From assembly GCA_013265495.1 (NCBI GenBank), contig MU058065.1, positions 10,085,720 to 10,149,719 of the forward strand: DNA of 64,000 nt, given 5' to 3'. The notes under the pieces are model-generated. The model saw only the letters and a list, made by a program, of their open reading frames with translations, was not told the DNA's origin and searched no databases. The DNA is from Vicugna vicugna. Its lineage: Eukaryota. Of the stretch, positions 48,801 through 61,500 are shown one piece after another (the stretch's first letter is position 1; every line of letters begins with the position of its first letter). The translations under genes were made by a program, and so were the position numbers.

Positions 48801-51350
48801 AAGTCTGTGCCAACAAGTTTGACAGCTTAGATGTTGTGAACAAATTTCTAGAAAAATAAACTCACCAAACATGATACAGAAAGAAACAGAATATATGAAT
48901 AGCCCTATAAAGATAAAGATACTGAATTTGTTAATAAACCATATCCCAAATGCAACTCCAGGCTTATGTGACTTCTTTGGTGAATGCTATCAAATGTTAA
49001 ATAATGAAACAGCATTAATGTCACAGAAACTTTTCAGAAAATAGGGAAGGAATTTCACTGTGCAACTTGCTTTAGGTGGAGTTATGAAGCCAGCATAAAA
49101 CCAAACAAAACTAATAAATTACAAAAGAGTAAATTATAAATCAATACTCATCATGCATTGGGATACAAAATCCTTAATAAAAAATTAGCAAGCAAATCCA
49201 ACAAGATAGCAAATCATTATGTTATTTTATCCTGGGAATGCATGTTTGGTGTTACATCTCAAAATCAATGTCATTCACCATTTGATATAAGAAAGGAGAA
49301 AAAAGCACATGAAAATTTTAATAAATGCAGCAAATGCATTTGAAATATTCAACACTCATTAATAATAAAAACTATTCGTAAACTTGAAATAGTTGGATAC
49401 TTCTTCAAAGTGAAAAACGGAATGTGGGGAAAATCTAGGGCTAAAAACAGATTTGATGGTGAAAAACTTAATTGTTTTCCTTTACATTGCTAACCAAGAA
49501 AGGATGCTGGTTTTGGATTCCTTAGCTATTGCAATAAGACCAGATAAACAAATACAGGCATAGACGTCGAAAAGAAAGCCTAAAATTTTTCTTATCATCA
49601 GATGATATTGTGGTTTATACAGAAAATGCTAGACAGCCTAAAAAACAATTTCAAGCAAACAATTGAAAAATATTTTAAAATCCATTTATGGTAGTTTCCA
49701 AATGCCTAGAGCACTAGAAATAAATCTAACAAAATATGTCCAAAACTTCTTCAATGGTAACTATGAAACATTGCTGAGAAATATTAAAGTTGATTTAAAC
49801 AAGTGAAGAGATATGTATATATTACATACATGGACTGGAATACTCAATATTGTCAAAATAGCAAATCTGGCCAAATTGATCTACAGATACAATCTCAAAA
49901 TTGCAGCAACATTTGTTTTGTAGAAATTATCAAGCTGACTCTAAAAACCATATGAGAATGCAAAAAATCTAGAATCACTTAAGCAATTTTTAAAAAGATC
50001 AAAGTTGTGTTTTTTATCATGCCTGAGAGATATATAGCCCACATATATAATATATTAATTTTGACAAATGTGATTTGGCAATTAAATAAAGAAAAAATCT
50101 TTATAATAAATGATGTAGACTCTATTAGATATCTATGAAAGAGCAAATGAATATCAATCGCTACATTACGAGATATGAAATTAAATAGAAATGCATAATA
50201 GACTGAAATGTAAAACCTAGAGCTATAAAAATTCTAGAAGAAAACACAGAGAACAAATTTTGAGACTGATAGGTATGAAACAGAGAAAGGAAAGTTGATT
50301 ATATGGACTTCATCAAAATTTTAAAACTTTTGCTTTTTGAAAGTCACTAACAATTAAGAAAAGAAAAGACTGTGACACCCTGGAAGAAAATATTCACAAC
50401 ACAAAAATTAATGAACAGGTATTAAGAATTTATTTTAAAAAACACTTACATCTAAATATTAAGACTAACAAATAGACAAATAATTTGAACAAACACTTCG
50501 TATGAAAAAATATAGTCAGAGCAACTAAACACATTTTAGAAATCCCTATCTTAATCACTCGAGAAATGCAAATTAAAACTCTTTAAAACCACAATGAAAT
50601 ACAATGAGACTTCATTTATTATCTTCTTTAATATCTCTCAACAAAGTTTTGTATTTTTAAGGGCAAATAGAGGTCTTGCATATGTTGTGTCAGACTTTAC
50701 CCTAAATATTTTATTAGAAGTGGTTTTAAAATTTTTTTTCACATTTTTATCTTTTTATATAGAAATTAAATTGATTTTGCATATTGATCTTGATTCTTAC
50801 AAATTTACTCAAGCAATATTTCCCTAAAAGAACTGCAAATTTATGTCCACACAAAGATTTGTACATAAATGATTATAAGCCTTTATTTGTAATACTCTCA
50901 AACTAAAACTGGATATGACCTAAATGTCCATCATCAGTAGATAAGTGGATAACCAATTTGTGCTATATCCAAACAATGAAATCTTAATCAGCAATATAAA
51001 TCAATGAACTATTGTTACATTCAAAAAACATGGAGAAATATCAAAATATTTATGCTGCAAGAAATAAATTAGACAAAAAGTTACATAATATACCATTTCA
51101 TTTTGATTAAATATCAGAAAATACAAGCTAATTTATAATGACACAAAGGAATTCAGTAATTGCCTGGGGATTGGGTGGGAGGAGAGGCAGGTAGGAGAGA
51201 TTACAAAAGAGCAGGAAGGAGCTTTGCTGGTAAGAAATATGCTCAATATTTTGATTGTGATGACAGTGCACATGTGCAGAATTTTATCAAATGGTTCAAG
51301 TTAAATATGTGAGGTTTACTGTATGTCAATTATACAGCAAAAAAAAAAAA
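48801..51350 (+). mobile_element. Old L1 (L1MC/MD/ME-type): decayed ORF2, 3' UTR and poly(A)
   Basis: ORF2-like blocks throughout (aaatgcagcaaatgcatttga, catggactggaatactcaatattgtcaaaat, gaaatgcaaattaaaac), 3' UTR and A-tail at 51339-51350. Confidence 0.85.
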
Positions 51351-51723
51351 GCTTCGAAAGATGTCTCAAAATATCAAGGCTGTAAAATGTAAGAATCTAA
51401 CACATGTCATAAATCAAAAAAAAACAAAAAAAAACACCACCATTTGGGTCTTCGTAATTTCTCTACACAATCATGAATTTCTCGAGCCAATAAAAAGAAA
51501 TACAATGATTGTAAAAATCAAGATATTATTACAGTTTTACTTTTTAGCAGAAAATAATGTTAATTATTCCATTCTGATTTCTTTTTCTTATCAGTGAAGT
51601 AAAATATCACATCCCAAAATTAGCTCTAGAAAGTAGAGCCCCAGTTCATTTTTAAAAATATTTTTTGGACAAAAGTATGAGATTAAGTCATACTTACTAC
51701 ATTATTTAACATAAGTGTTAGTG

Positions 51724-51916
51724 AACAAGATTATACTGTATAGCACAGGGAAATACATACAAGATCTTGTCGTAGCTCACAGCAAAAAAACAAAAAGTGA
51801 CAATGAATATATGTATGTTCCTGTATAACTGAAAAATTGTGCTGTACACTGGAATTTGACACAACATTGTAAAATGACTATAACTCAATAAAAGATGTTT
51901 AAAAAAATAAAATAAA
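51724..51916 (+). mobile_element. Lineage-specific L1 3' end (~190 bp), camelid-like
   Basis: Same family as 29229-29420; perfect 13-bp TSD ataagtgttagtg (51711-51723, 51917-51929); AATAAA and A-rich tail. Confidence 0.9.
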
Positions 51917-53634
51917 ATAAGTGTTAGTGGAGCAAAAGTTTTCTAGCAATATATATTACATGAGTTCCTGCCTCATAATAAATCCAAACACCCTGAAATT
52001 ATCTACAATGAACTACATTAGCCATTTGCATTTCAAACTTAAGAATAAAGCCAAAACTGATTTGTATGATAACCCTAGTTATTTCTTTTCCCTAACTACT
52101 CTGATAGCACTACTGATACTGCCAAATTTTCTATGAGACTATTGGCGGAAATACAAATTTAAAAAAAAAATTTTCAGAAGCGTTTGGCATGTGACTAACT
52201 GAAATATATAGCTACATATAAATGTACAGTAGTGAACAATAATAAAGTATTCAGGAAAGGACACATTCAGAAATATTGTACATTGTACCTTCCTAGTGTG
52301 TTTCTCTTGTTTTTTTTTTTTAATAACCAGTACCTTGAGGTATTTTAATTTTCCTCTTGCAAATGATAATCATTATCAGACTGTTAAGAATTTTATTCCA
52401 AAAATGTGCTTTTATTTTTGGGTTGCAAAAAATCCCTCCTTTATGAATAGAAGGTATTCACTGTATTCAGTATAACACTGAAAAACAAAATAAAATAAAT
52501 GTATGCTTTAGGCTTTTCATTTCCAGTTAAAATGTCTTCTTTCATGGGTAGTTATATTTTTTCTCTGAGAATAATGATTAATTATGGAGTATTTTTCATA
52601 GAGGTGCACAAAATGAATTTTAAATACTGAGGCAAGATGAACGCGAGAATATCATCACAGCCATCAATCATTGGACAAACTGACAAGTATTTAACAAACT
52701 AAAAATATTCAGCTAAATTCCCATAATTATAGAGAGATAAAAATTCATTTCACTAACCATGCAATAAGGGGCATTTTGACTTATTGGTTCAATTCCAATT
52801 CAGTTAATAATGATTAAGAGTTTAAATATTCATGAAGAATGGAATTTTTTAACCCTTTGGAGAATTTTTCACTGCCAGATCTCAATTTTAAGAGGCTTCA
52901 CTTCATTGGAACATACACATTTTTTTTACCTTTCTGAGTCTAAGCCTTAAATTAAATGACCAAGGAATGACTTAATTTCTGAATAAATGCCCTATGGAGA
53001 GGAGTCTTTAGTTAATTTTCATGCAAAACAGTCTTACTTTACAAATAATCATTATTCTGGCAGAGCACACATTGAAAAAAACATCTCAGAAACCCAATAT
53101 AAGTTGTTGAAAATAAATGACACTGAAAAATTACTGTTAAATTGATTTTTGAGACCATTAATGTTTTATTTTCCTCTGAAATTTAAAAATAATGGAAAAG
53201 TCAGGGTTTGACTGCTCATAGAATACTGCAACTTTTGAGTTTGGAAAAATTACACAGGACTGAATATTTTTTAACAGGCATGCAAGTACTCAAGAATATT
53301 TTGTTACATTTCAGCAATATGCCATAAATACATTTTACTAGAAATATCCATATTGCTAATATTTAACAATAATTGTAATTTTAACCTAAACTTTTATATA
53401 TGATCTATGATAAATCTTTTTGGTAAAAGATAATACATAGAGTACATCCTTATCTGCCTTTGGAGTTTTGAAAATGAATGAGATAAGCATACTATGAAAA
53501 TATTAATTTATAATATCGTAACACTGATAATCAATTACACAAACATATTCTCTAAAGTACTTCTGGCTTAAACACTTGGGAAGACTCAAAGAATATTTTC
53601 CCTACCACATTCACTGGAAGTGTATATATGTGGC

Positions 53635-53835
53635 TAATACTTACCAGGCATTGTGTAATATGCTGTAAGTGTGTTGCCTCATTTCATTGTAATAACAGCC
53701 TCCTGGGACAGATGATAAGATTCCCAATTTAAGAATAGGGGAAGTGAGAATGAGTAGTCAATTAATTTTGCCAGTAATCCAGTGTTTGTGATTCCAGTCC
53801 AGTTTTGTTTTGTCTCCAAAACCCATTCTCTTCTA
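53635..53835 (-). mobile_element. MIR SINE
   Basis: ccaggcattgtgtaatatgct ... cctcatttcattgtaataacagcc ... cccaatttaagaataggggaagtgag. Confidence 0.55.
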
Positions 53836-53859
53836 CTTTTTTTTTTTTTTTTTTTTACT

Positions 53860-54560
53860 TCTATTAGGTTCTGGGGATAAAGACTACACAAGATGAATCC
53901 CTTGCCTTCTAGGAGCTTGCAGTAAAGCAGCCAATTCAAATAATTCAAGATACGAATAAGAGGATTGTTTAATATATTGTAACCTAGTGGTTGAGAGATA
54001 AATTGGAAGAAAGGTGATTAAGTCAGATACCATTGTACGACCAACAGGAGAAGACAGAAGGTTCCCAGGTGACTTCTTGAGGTAGAGGGAACATTAGCCA
54101 CTCTGAAAGTAGCACAGGAGTGTGCAGTATCAGAGAAACGGTAGATATAATGATGCATAAGCAGGGTAAAGCAGGACCCCTGAGTCCTTGCTAACAGGTC
54201 AAAACCCAGGACATTGTATGGTGTGGATGGTGTCCAGAATGAAGCCTGAAGAGATTCAGGACACAAGAAGAGAAGTTTGACTGACATTATCTTTTGAATT
54301 TATCTTTTAAGCCCTAGCATAAAAAATGAAAAATTTAAACCAGACGTGCATAGAAATTGTGACAATGGGGACGGACATCGAAGGTTATCCAATTATACTT
54401 GTGAAATAATAACTCTGGAGGCTATGTAGTAGATGAATGGAGGTGGCAAGACTACAGATGGGGAGGTCAGCTCGTTCACCCCAATGTGCAGATAGTAATG
54501 ACAGTTTCCATAATGACTTAATGGAAGCTATCTGACAATAAGGTAGAGGTAGCAGAGTAT
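53860..54560 (-). mobile_element. L2 LINE fragment
   Basis: ctattaggttctggggataaag ... tcccttgccttctaggagcttgcagt ... ataactctggaggctatgtagtagatgaatggagg. Confidence 0.5.
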
Positions 54561-54669
54561 GAAATTTTTAAATATTGGTTTTCAAAATATTGGAGCTAAT
54601 ATCTCCTTTTTTTTTTAAAGTCATGTTTTTGAATGATATTCTTCTTTCTAGAACTATTTCTTGAATTCC

Positions 54670-55240
54670 TGTGTTGTGCCAGGCAACCTTAAAGGGTCTG
54701 ACCACGACAGCTTAAAGTCTTCTGCAGCGTGAGTGAAATCTAGATAAGCCCCTTCCTGACTCTTAAGTCCTCCACCTGCCTTTTCTCAGAGCATTTACTT
54801 TAGAAAACTTGAAAATTCTTTCTCTGCCCCTTAGAAATGTATGTAAATCGTCTCCCAACCTCTTGTCAGTTTTACCACCAGGAAATATCTTTGTCAAAGA
54901 CCCATGGACTCTCTCTTTGAAAATGTGACGACTGAGGTAAGTAAAGCCCCTATTTCTCAGTTTTTGTGGGAGAACGGGAGCCTGGCTTGGGAGGGGCCCT
55001 CTACTTCAGGTAGTTGTGGAGCCACCTGCAATCATGAAGATAGGGGGAAGTCTGCTTCTCCTTTGGGTAAGGCCAATTAGCAAGGACAGATGGCCCACTA
55101 TCCTCCCACCTTCACTCTTAAAGGCTCTCCAGCCCTTTGTTTCTCCATGGAGCTGTGTATCATCCAGACTTGATCTAAGCTTTCTTACCTGCTGCTGGCA
55201 GTAACGTTGGAGTAAAATCAATCTCTATCCACTCATCTTG
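54670..55240 (+). mobile_element. MER34-like ERV1 LTR
   Basis: tctcagagcatttactttagaaaacttg ... ttctttctctgcccct ... gcccctatttctcagtttttgtgggag ... aggccaattagcaaggacagatggcc. Confidence 0.7.
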
Positions 55241-56526
55241 TGCGTTGATTTTAAATAGAATATATTTATTAACATCAAATGAGCTATACAATTATTTTAA
55301 AGAACCAAACGCTAGTGGAAGCTAGTTTTTACAATTTTTGAAATAATTTTCTTAATCCTGGAATGCTATAAAACTGAACTTAAAACAATTTCTGTAATTA
55401 ATATTTTTTATGATTTGACTATTCTCCTTCATTTATTGAAGTTTTACTTTTGTTTAAAGAGTACATTTTTAAAATGAAGTTTTACTTTTATGTAAGGTTT
55501 TTAACAACAGAAACCAACAACACCTTATCAATGAACTCAGGCTTTTCCCATTTTTCCTCAGTCTTTTTAAAAGCAATTAGCTTTATTTTTTTCTCTTAAC
55601 TGAGTCATCAGACTTGACATCTCATTGTTAAGTATCTAAGACTCAAAGTTTTTGTAACTGGCTTTTCATATTGTTACGTATTTGCTATGGATAGGAAAAT
55701 TTTGATAGTAATTATTTCTGTACTTACACAACAGGAACTAAACAATTAGAAACGCCATACCTCAAGTGGAACAAAAAGTAAGAGATTTAGAAACAAAGCA
55801 TTTTAAGAGTGAGAACCAGGTCCTTAAACACTTTTGAGAAAGTGACAGTCTTAATCAGGAACACACACTGTGGTTCAGGGGAAGGTGGCACTTCACCTAA
55901 CGCTACTGAGCAGACAAAGCACTTTACTGTATGACCTGATGTCTTCATGGCTGGGAAGTAACAGTAGAAAGAATTTTATATTTTACACTGAATGGAACTG
56001 GTTTTCTTCACTTAGCATCTCATTTCTTTCACTGAGCAGTGGGTCAATAGCTCCAATCAAGTACAGCATATCCTGCTGCTGGCAGCAACTTCTGAAATAT
56101 CTTATTATAATAATGCTATATTTAGAAATCACCTTGCAGACAGAAGGATCCCAAGGCACTTCAAAAAACTTTGAAAACTGATTTACAATAGATACATGTT
56201 ATAGAAATGACATTGCCTGCTTCTAGAATGCAGACAAGTGATTAACGGAGTACAGCAAAGCTGCAAGGTGGTAAAAAATTTTCCACGTAGTGGGAGCTGG
56301 GGGCAGAGATCTTGAGATCATTGACAGAATACATACTGACTATTAGTGGTTGGCCAAGGCTCTAGGGTTAACATTTTCACTTTTGAAAAGTTCTATGATT
56401 TTAATAAGCACAAAACAATTTGAGCTCTTAGAAAGAATCTGTAGTAGAACATTGTACCAAATAAATAAGAGAAATACCACTTCACTGAGCCTCTAGAATA
56501 TGGAGGCATATATTTGTTTTATTCTA

Positions 56527-56595
56527 TTTTTTATTGAAGTATAGTCAGTTATAATGTGTCAATTTCTGGTGTACAGCATAATGTCCCAGTCATGC

Positions 56596-56632
<37 letters not shown>

Positions 56633-56836
56633 TAGATATAGATAGATAAGATATAGATAGATATAGATATATACATATATTCTTTTTCACATTCTTTTTC
56701 ATTAAAGGTCATTACAAGGTATTGAATATAGTTCCCCATGCCATACAGAAGAAATTTGGTTTTTTAATCTATTTTTATATATAGTAGTTAAAATTTGTAA
56801 ACCTCAGACTCCAAAATTTATCCCTTCCCATCCCCA
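56527..56836 (-). mobile_element. Lineage-specific L1 3' end containing a GATA microsatellite
   Basis: ttttattgaagtatagtcagttataatgtgtcaatttctggtgtacagcata ... attgaatatagttcccc ... tttatcccttccca. Confidence 0.85.
56597..56680. repeat. (GATA)9 followed by degenerate GATATA units
   Basis: Read directly from the sequence. Confidence 0.95.
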
Positions 56837-58106
56837 TAAATTGAAATGTTTCCTTCTCTACTTTTCAACCAACTAAAAGATCCCTTTTTGCTGAGGTGTA
56901 TTTGTGAGTTTTCTTTCTTATAAACAATAAAGCTGAAGTCAACAAATATTTGGGAGACCATTTACAAAGTGACAAACGCTGTGAAAGATACTAGAATATA
57001 AACATGGATAAAGCTCTGAGCTTTAGAAATTCATCTTGCCTCTACGTTTGGTGGGAAGTTTTTAGTGTCAGGATTTCCTAGGCAAGACGTTAGAAAGATT
57101 TGAGGGAAAGATACGTTACGAAAACTTAATCAATTACAAAATATTAGCATGATTAATATGGATATTTTCAGAAATAAATGTTAATTAGCTTCATTATTTA
57201 AAATATAGCAATTATAGTGATAATTGCAGTGTCTATTTTTGCTGATTATTGTGCAGATTTCAAAAGATAAAATATAAACACTACGAGTAGCCTATTTTGA
57301 TTCTCTAATAAGTGCTATGGTACTATGGTTTTTAAAAAATCAGGATTTGAGACAAAATCAGAAGAGGCTTTTGGTTAATCAACAACTGTATAAAGTGGGA
57401 ATTATTGGTGACACTCATCCTGGGTCTGCTTTAATATAAAAAACATACACTGAATTGAAATAAATTATTTTAGTGTGTGAAATGACAGGCAGGAAATTAT
57501 TTCCCTCTGAAAGGGCTGATTCTGACCCCAGTTTGCCTGCTCTGAATGCTCACTGATCTGGGGTGATAATATGCTTGATCCACCTCACTTTGTAGGGGGA
57601 TCTTTTTCTTAAGATTCCATGAGATAATTCTTAGATAGCTTATTGAGAATGACTGAACCTACATTTGGAGTAAAATGTAGAAAGTAAAGAAAAAAAAATG
57701 TGTCCATGTATTGATAATATTTTCAACTTAGTGGAAAATGGTAAAGCCTTTAGCTATACCGAAGTTCTCTGTTCAAGTTTTTTGTTTTGTTTTTGTTTCC
57801 CTGCTTTGCATCAACTGATAATCCTCTTCTGTGTTATAGTAGTCATGATGATGATGATAATTTGATTTAGGGTTCTTATACTAAGTGTAAAAATTTCTTA
57901 GAATTTATCAGAAATCACTCATTGATCAGTGAAAAGGAAATATTTGAACTCCTCAGAGGAAGGAAGGATCTTTTGGGATTCATTCTTCTGCCTCCTACTA
58001 CCCTAAAACCAACTGTATGAACGGATGCTTTTATATCTTTAAGTCGTGCGTTTTTGTTTGGAACATTTGAGAAGAGAGACCAAAGGTGAACAACAGGTTA
58101 ATGCCT

Positions 58107-58543
58107 GTGTGATTGCAAATATGAAGACAGAATTGACATTGAATTCCCAGAACTTTTAGTATGTTACCTTACATGGTAAAAGGGACTTTGCAAATGTGAT
58201 TTAATTAAAGACCTTGAGATGAGGAGATTATCCTGGATTATCTGGGTGAGCTCAATGTAGTCACAATGGTCCTTATAAGAGAGAGGTAGGAAAGGCAGAG
58301 TCAGAGAAAGTAATGACAGGTGACAAGAAATGCAGAGGTTGGAGTGATGCAGCTACAAACCAAGGCATACTGCTAAATGGTAAAAGCTGGAAAAGGCAAA
58401 TGAGCATCCAAAATGAATCTAGCCCAGCCAACACCTTGATCTTAAGACTTCTGACCTCCTGAACTATAAGATAATACATAATGTCTTATTTGTAGTCACT
58501 AAGTTTTGATCAATTTGTAATAGCAATGGTAGAAAACTAATAA
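58107..58543 (+). mobile_element. MaLR LTR (MLT1C/D-like)
   Basis: tatgttaccttacatggtaaaagggactttgcaaatgtgatt ... gagattatcctggattatctgggtg ... gccaacaccttgat ... gacttctgacctcctgaactataaga ... tagaaaactaata. Confidence 0.85.
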
Positions 58544-61500
58544 ATCAAAGGACATTCTGGTTAGGTCTTCTTTATTTTTCACCCTGGAAATTCATCTAAT
58601 ATGACTATCATTTAAACAAAAATGGGGCTATAGCTGTTTCCCAGAAAAGTATTATACACGATTAGTCACTAAAGGCCATTCTTTATTTTTAGATGAACAG
58701 AGAGCTGGCCGTAATCTGCATGTGGGCATGTGATTGTTACTTTACGCAAAACATTCCCAAGAATGGCATTTGGTCTCTTGGAGAGAGATTCATTCATCCA
58801 AACCCATCTGGCATTCTTTGTGAAAACCTGTCTTCATTGATAGTTTAAGACTTAAACTCTTTTCAAGATTATATCTTTCTCCCATCTTCCCCTTGAAAAA
58901 TCCAGGTAATATAAAATAAAGTAGCTGCCAAACTGCTGGAATAGTTAAGTTCAAAGTCATAGTCAATTAACATATGACTCAAATAGGAAGAATTATTACA
59001 GAGCTGGGTTAGAGAAAGAATTTTAAAGGCAATAACTTCACTTTTTTCTTAGCTTAGCAATATTAATATTCTAGAGTTGGATGTTAACATGCCAAAATGG
59101 TCTAAAAGATTAATGAGCAACTTCAAAGAACCAGTAATGACAAAATAAAAGCTCTCACTATGTTTCCTTTCTTTCCTTCTTTTGTGTTTTCCCACATCAC
59201 ATCTGTGAGATGCTCAGATGAGGATGGGTATATACTGATCAGATGTTTTCAGTCATAAGTCCTTTGTTTTGGAAACATCAGAAAGAGGTGAGAGAAAGAA
59301 GTAGTAAAACTTAATGCCCACCACAGGTACTCCATTAACTGACTTTCTTTTTTCATTTTCCCGTTGAGTAATGAAATACTTGAAAAAAAAAAATAGACCA
59401 TTTTTGTTCTCTGGAAAATTCAACAAATGACTTTCTAAATTACTGAGTAGTTTACACAAATAAGCTGAAATTCTCAAGGTTAAGCTCATGAAAACTCTCT
59501 AAGTTCTTTCTAAGTTCTTTTGAAAGCTGGCAGTTGTTTTGAAGACTTTTAAGGTGAAAGTTCAGACCTGAAGATTTGATTTGTATCAATATATGTCAGT
59601 TAGCTATTGACTGTTGTTCAGTGTGCTTGTGATGGAAAGGGAGGTGAGCAGCATCAAAGAAGTCTGAATGCAGTGGTGAAAACCTGCAAAAAAGACGGTG
59701 GTGAATTCAGACCGGATGAGTAATATTAGATGAGGAAAACCATTATTATGTGACCTCGCTAAACCAGTGATGATATTGAAGGGGACAGAGAGGCCCCATG
59801 CAACATAACTCCTCTTGTTTCACTTTTCACAAAAGACCGATGTTACCATTTTCAATCATTTATTATCTTTGAAAATTCCTCACATAGTTAAATTTTTTTT
59901 TTAAAGAACAGTATTTCTCCTTGTATAATTCTCTTCTCCTGGGATACCTTAAATTTTTCAGGTTTGAAACCACAAGAGGCTGCTAGAGGCAGGTCTCTAT
60001 TTTGAGTAAAGGCAAAAGATGAAATTAAAGGAGCTGCTAGATTTTCCTCACAAGCTAGTGTGCGGGAGGTGCTACAACTATACACTCGTCTATCTTCCCC
60101 CAGCTGCCTTTCCTATGTTCTTCCTCCTTTGTCTTTGTCTTCTCTGTTTCCTCTTAGGCTAGGAGTAAAAATTGTTGAAAAATTTAACACCCTTCCAAAT
60201 CTGATTGGAGATATGAGCAATGAGCTAGGGTGATAATCGATTCTTAATCTTTCATCCCAGGAGACAAAAGTGCTGGAGAAAGCTGGAATTGTAAAAGAAA
60301 GAAAACCCTAGGTGAAAATACAGCTTTGTAATCTTTTATGAATCTTGTCAGTTTTCTTCCTGCTTTCCATTACTCACAAACCTTTATCTTACATAAAACT
60401 GCATTTTGTCTTAAGACAATCTTCAAGAACCGAAGAATGACTCATGCAAGGAAGAACCCATAGCGGATTAGGTTTCTATTTAGATTTGCTGCTAATTGCT
60501 GTGTAATTGTGGGGAAATCACTGTTTCAAGTAATGGGGAATGAAAAACTCAGATTAATGGTAGTAACCAAGTGTTTACAAGGATCCAGTTGTTTGAATCA
60601 TACCAAAACCTAGGATCCAGTTGTTCAAATAATTTGCCCATTCTTGTTCCTAAAATCATCCTATTACAATTTGAAGGTAAGTCCAGGCACGTGGGGTTGG
60701 AGAGCAAGACTATATGCACAACTTTATGATGTACTTAAGTATAATATACAATCTCCTTTAAGAAAACTGAGAAGAAAATCTCATGGAAATAGTCTTAAAA
60801 CACCAAAAAGTATCTTTAAAACACCAAAAAAAGTACACCTACCTGAGAATTACATGAAATATCTTTAAAGTATTTTTTTCATTTTTCTTTTTTTTTTAAT
60901 TAGAAATCCAACTATCTTGAAGACTCTTCTCTCCCATTCCACATTCTCTCCATGGAGCTCACTTTGGCTCTCTCTAATCATTCCTTCCCTTTCTTTCCTT
61001 GTATATTTATTCTTCTCTCCATATGTAGTCAGCTTTCAAATATAAATCTCTCCAGCTTTCTCATTAACTTTATATCTCCATCTGCTGCATAATAAAACAC
61101 AGTTCCTAGTAGGCTAATACCATACCTTAGAAGGTAGTAGGATTGAGGAGAAAATCCAGAAGATTTCAATGTATTCTCCTTAGTAGGCAGGGGAAGAAGA
61201 TGCCTTAATTGCATATACCCTCATTCCTTTCCTTTCTTTTTTCCTTCTTTCCCTGCTTTCTTTATCTGTACATTGCCTTCTTGCCTTTCCTGCTGCTGTA
61301 ATACTTACTATATTTTCAAGTTTTAAGTCAAATTATAAAATTTATTTAATTTTCTTTTATAAAATGTATTTGATTAAGTTAATCACAATTCTTAGTATCT
61401 GTCTATCAATCTATCTATTTATCCATCTATCTGTCACTGTCATCATCTACGCATCTACCTACTTGCCTTAAATTTTTATTATATAATGTCATATATCCTT

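Noticed and set aside
60580..60625. Direct repeat aggatccagttgtt x2, with similar short duplications near 9219, 21755, 23676 and 60797
   Set aside because: Two-copy slippage duplications. Not a CRISPR-like array or satellite.
60670..60682. Consensus donor AAG|gtaagt, with others at 4229, 8003 and 54937
   Set aside because: No convincing partner acceptor, or located inside repeats. Such matches are common by chance.
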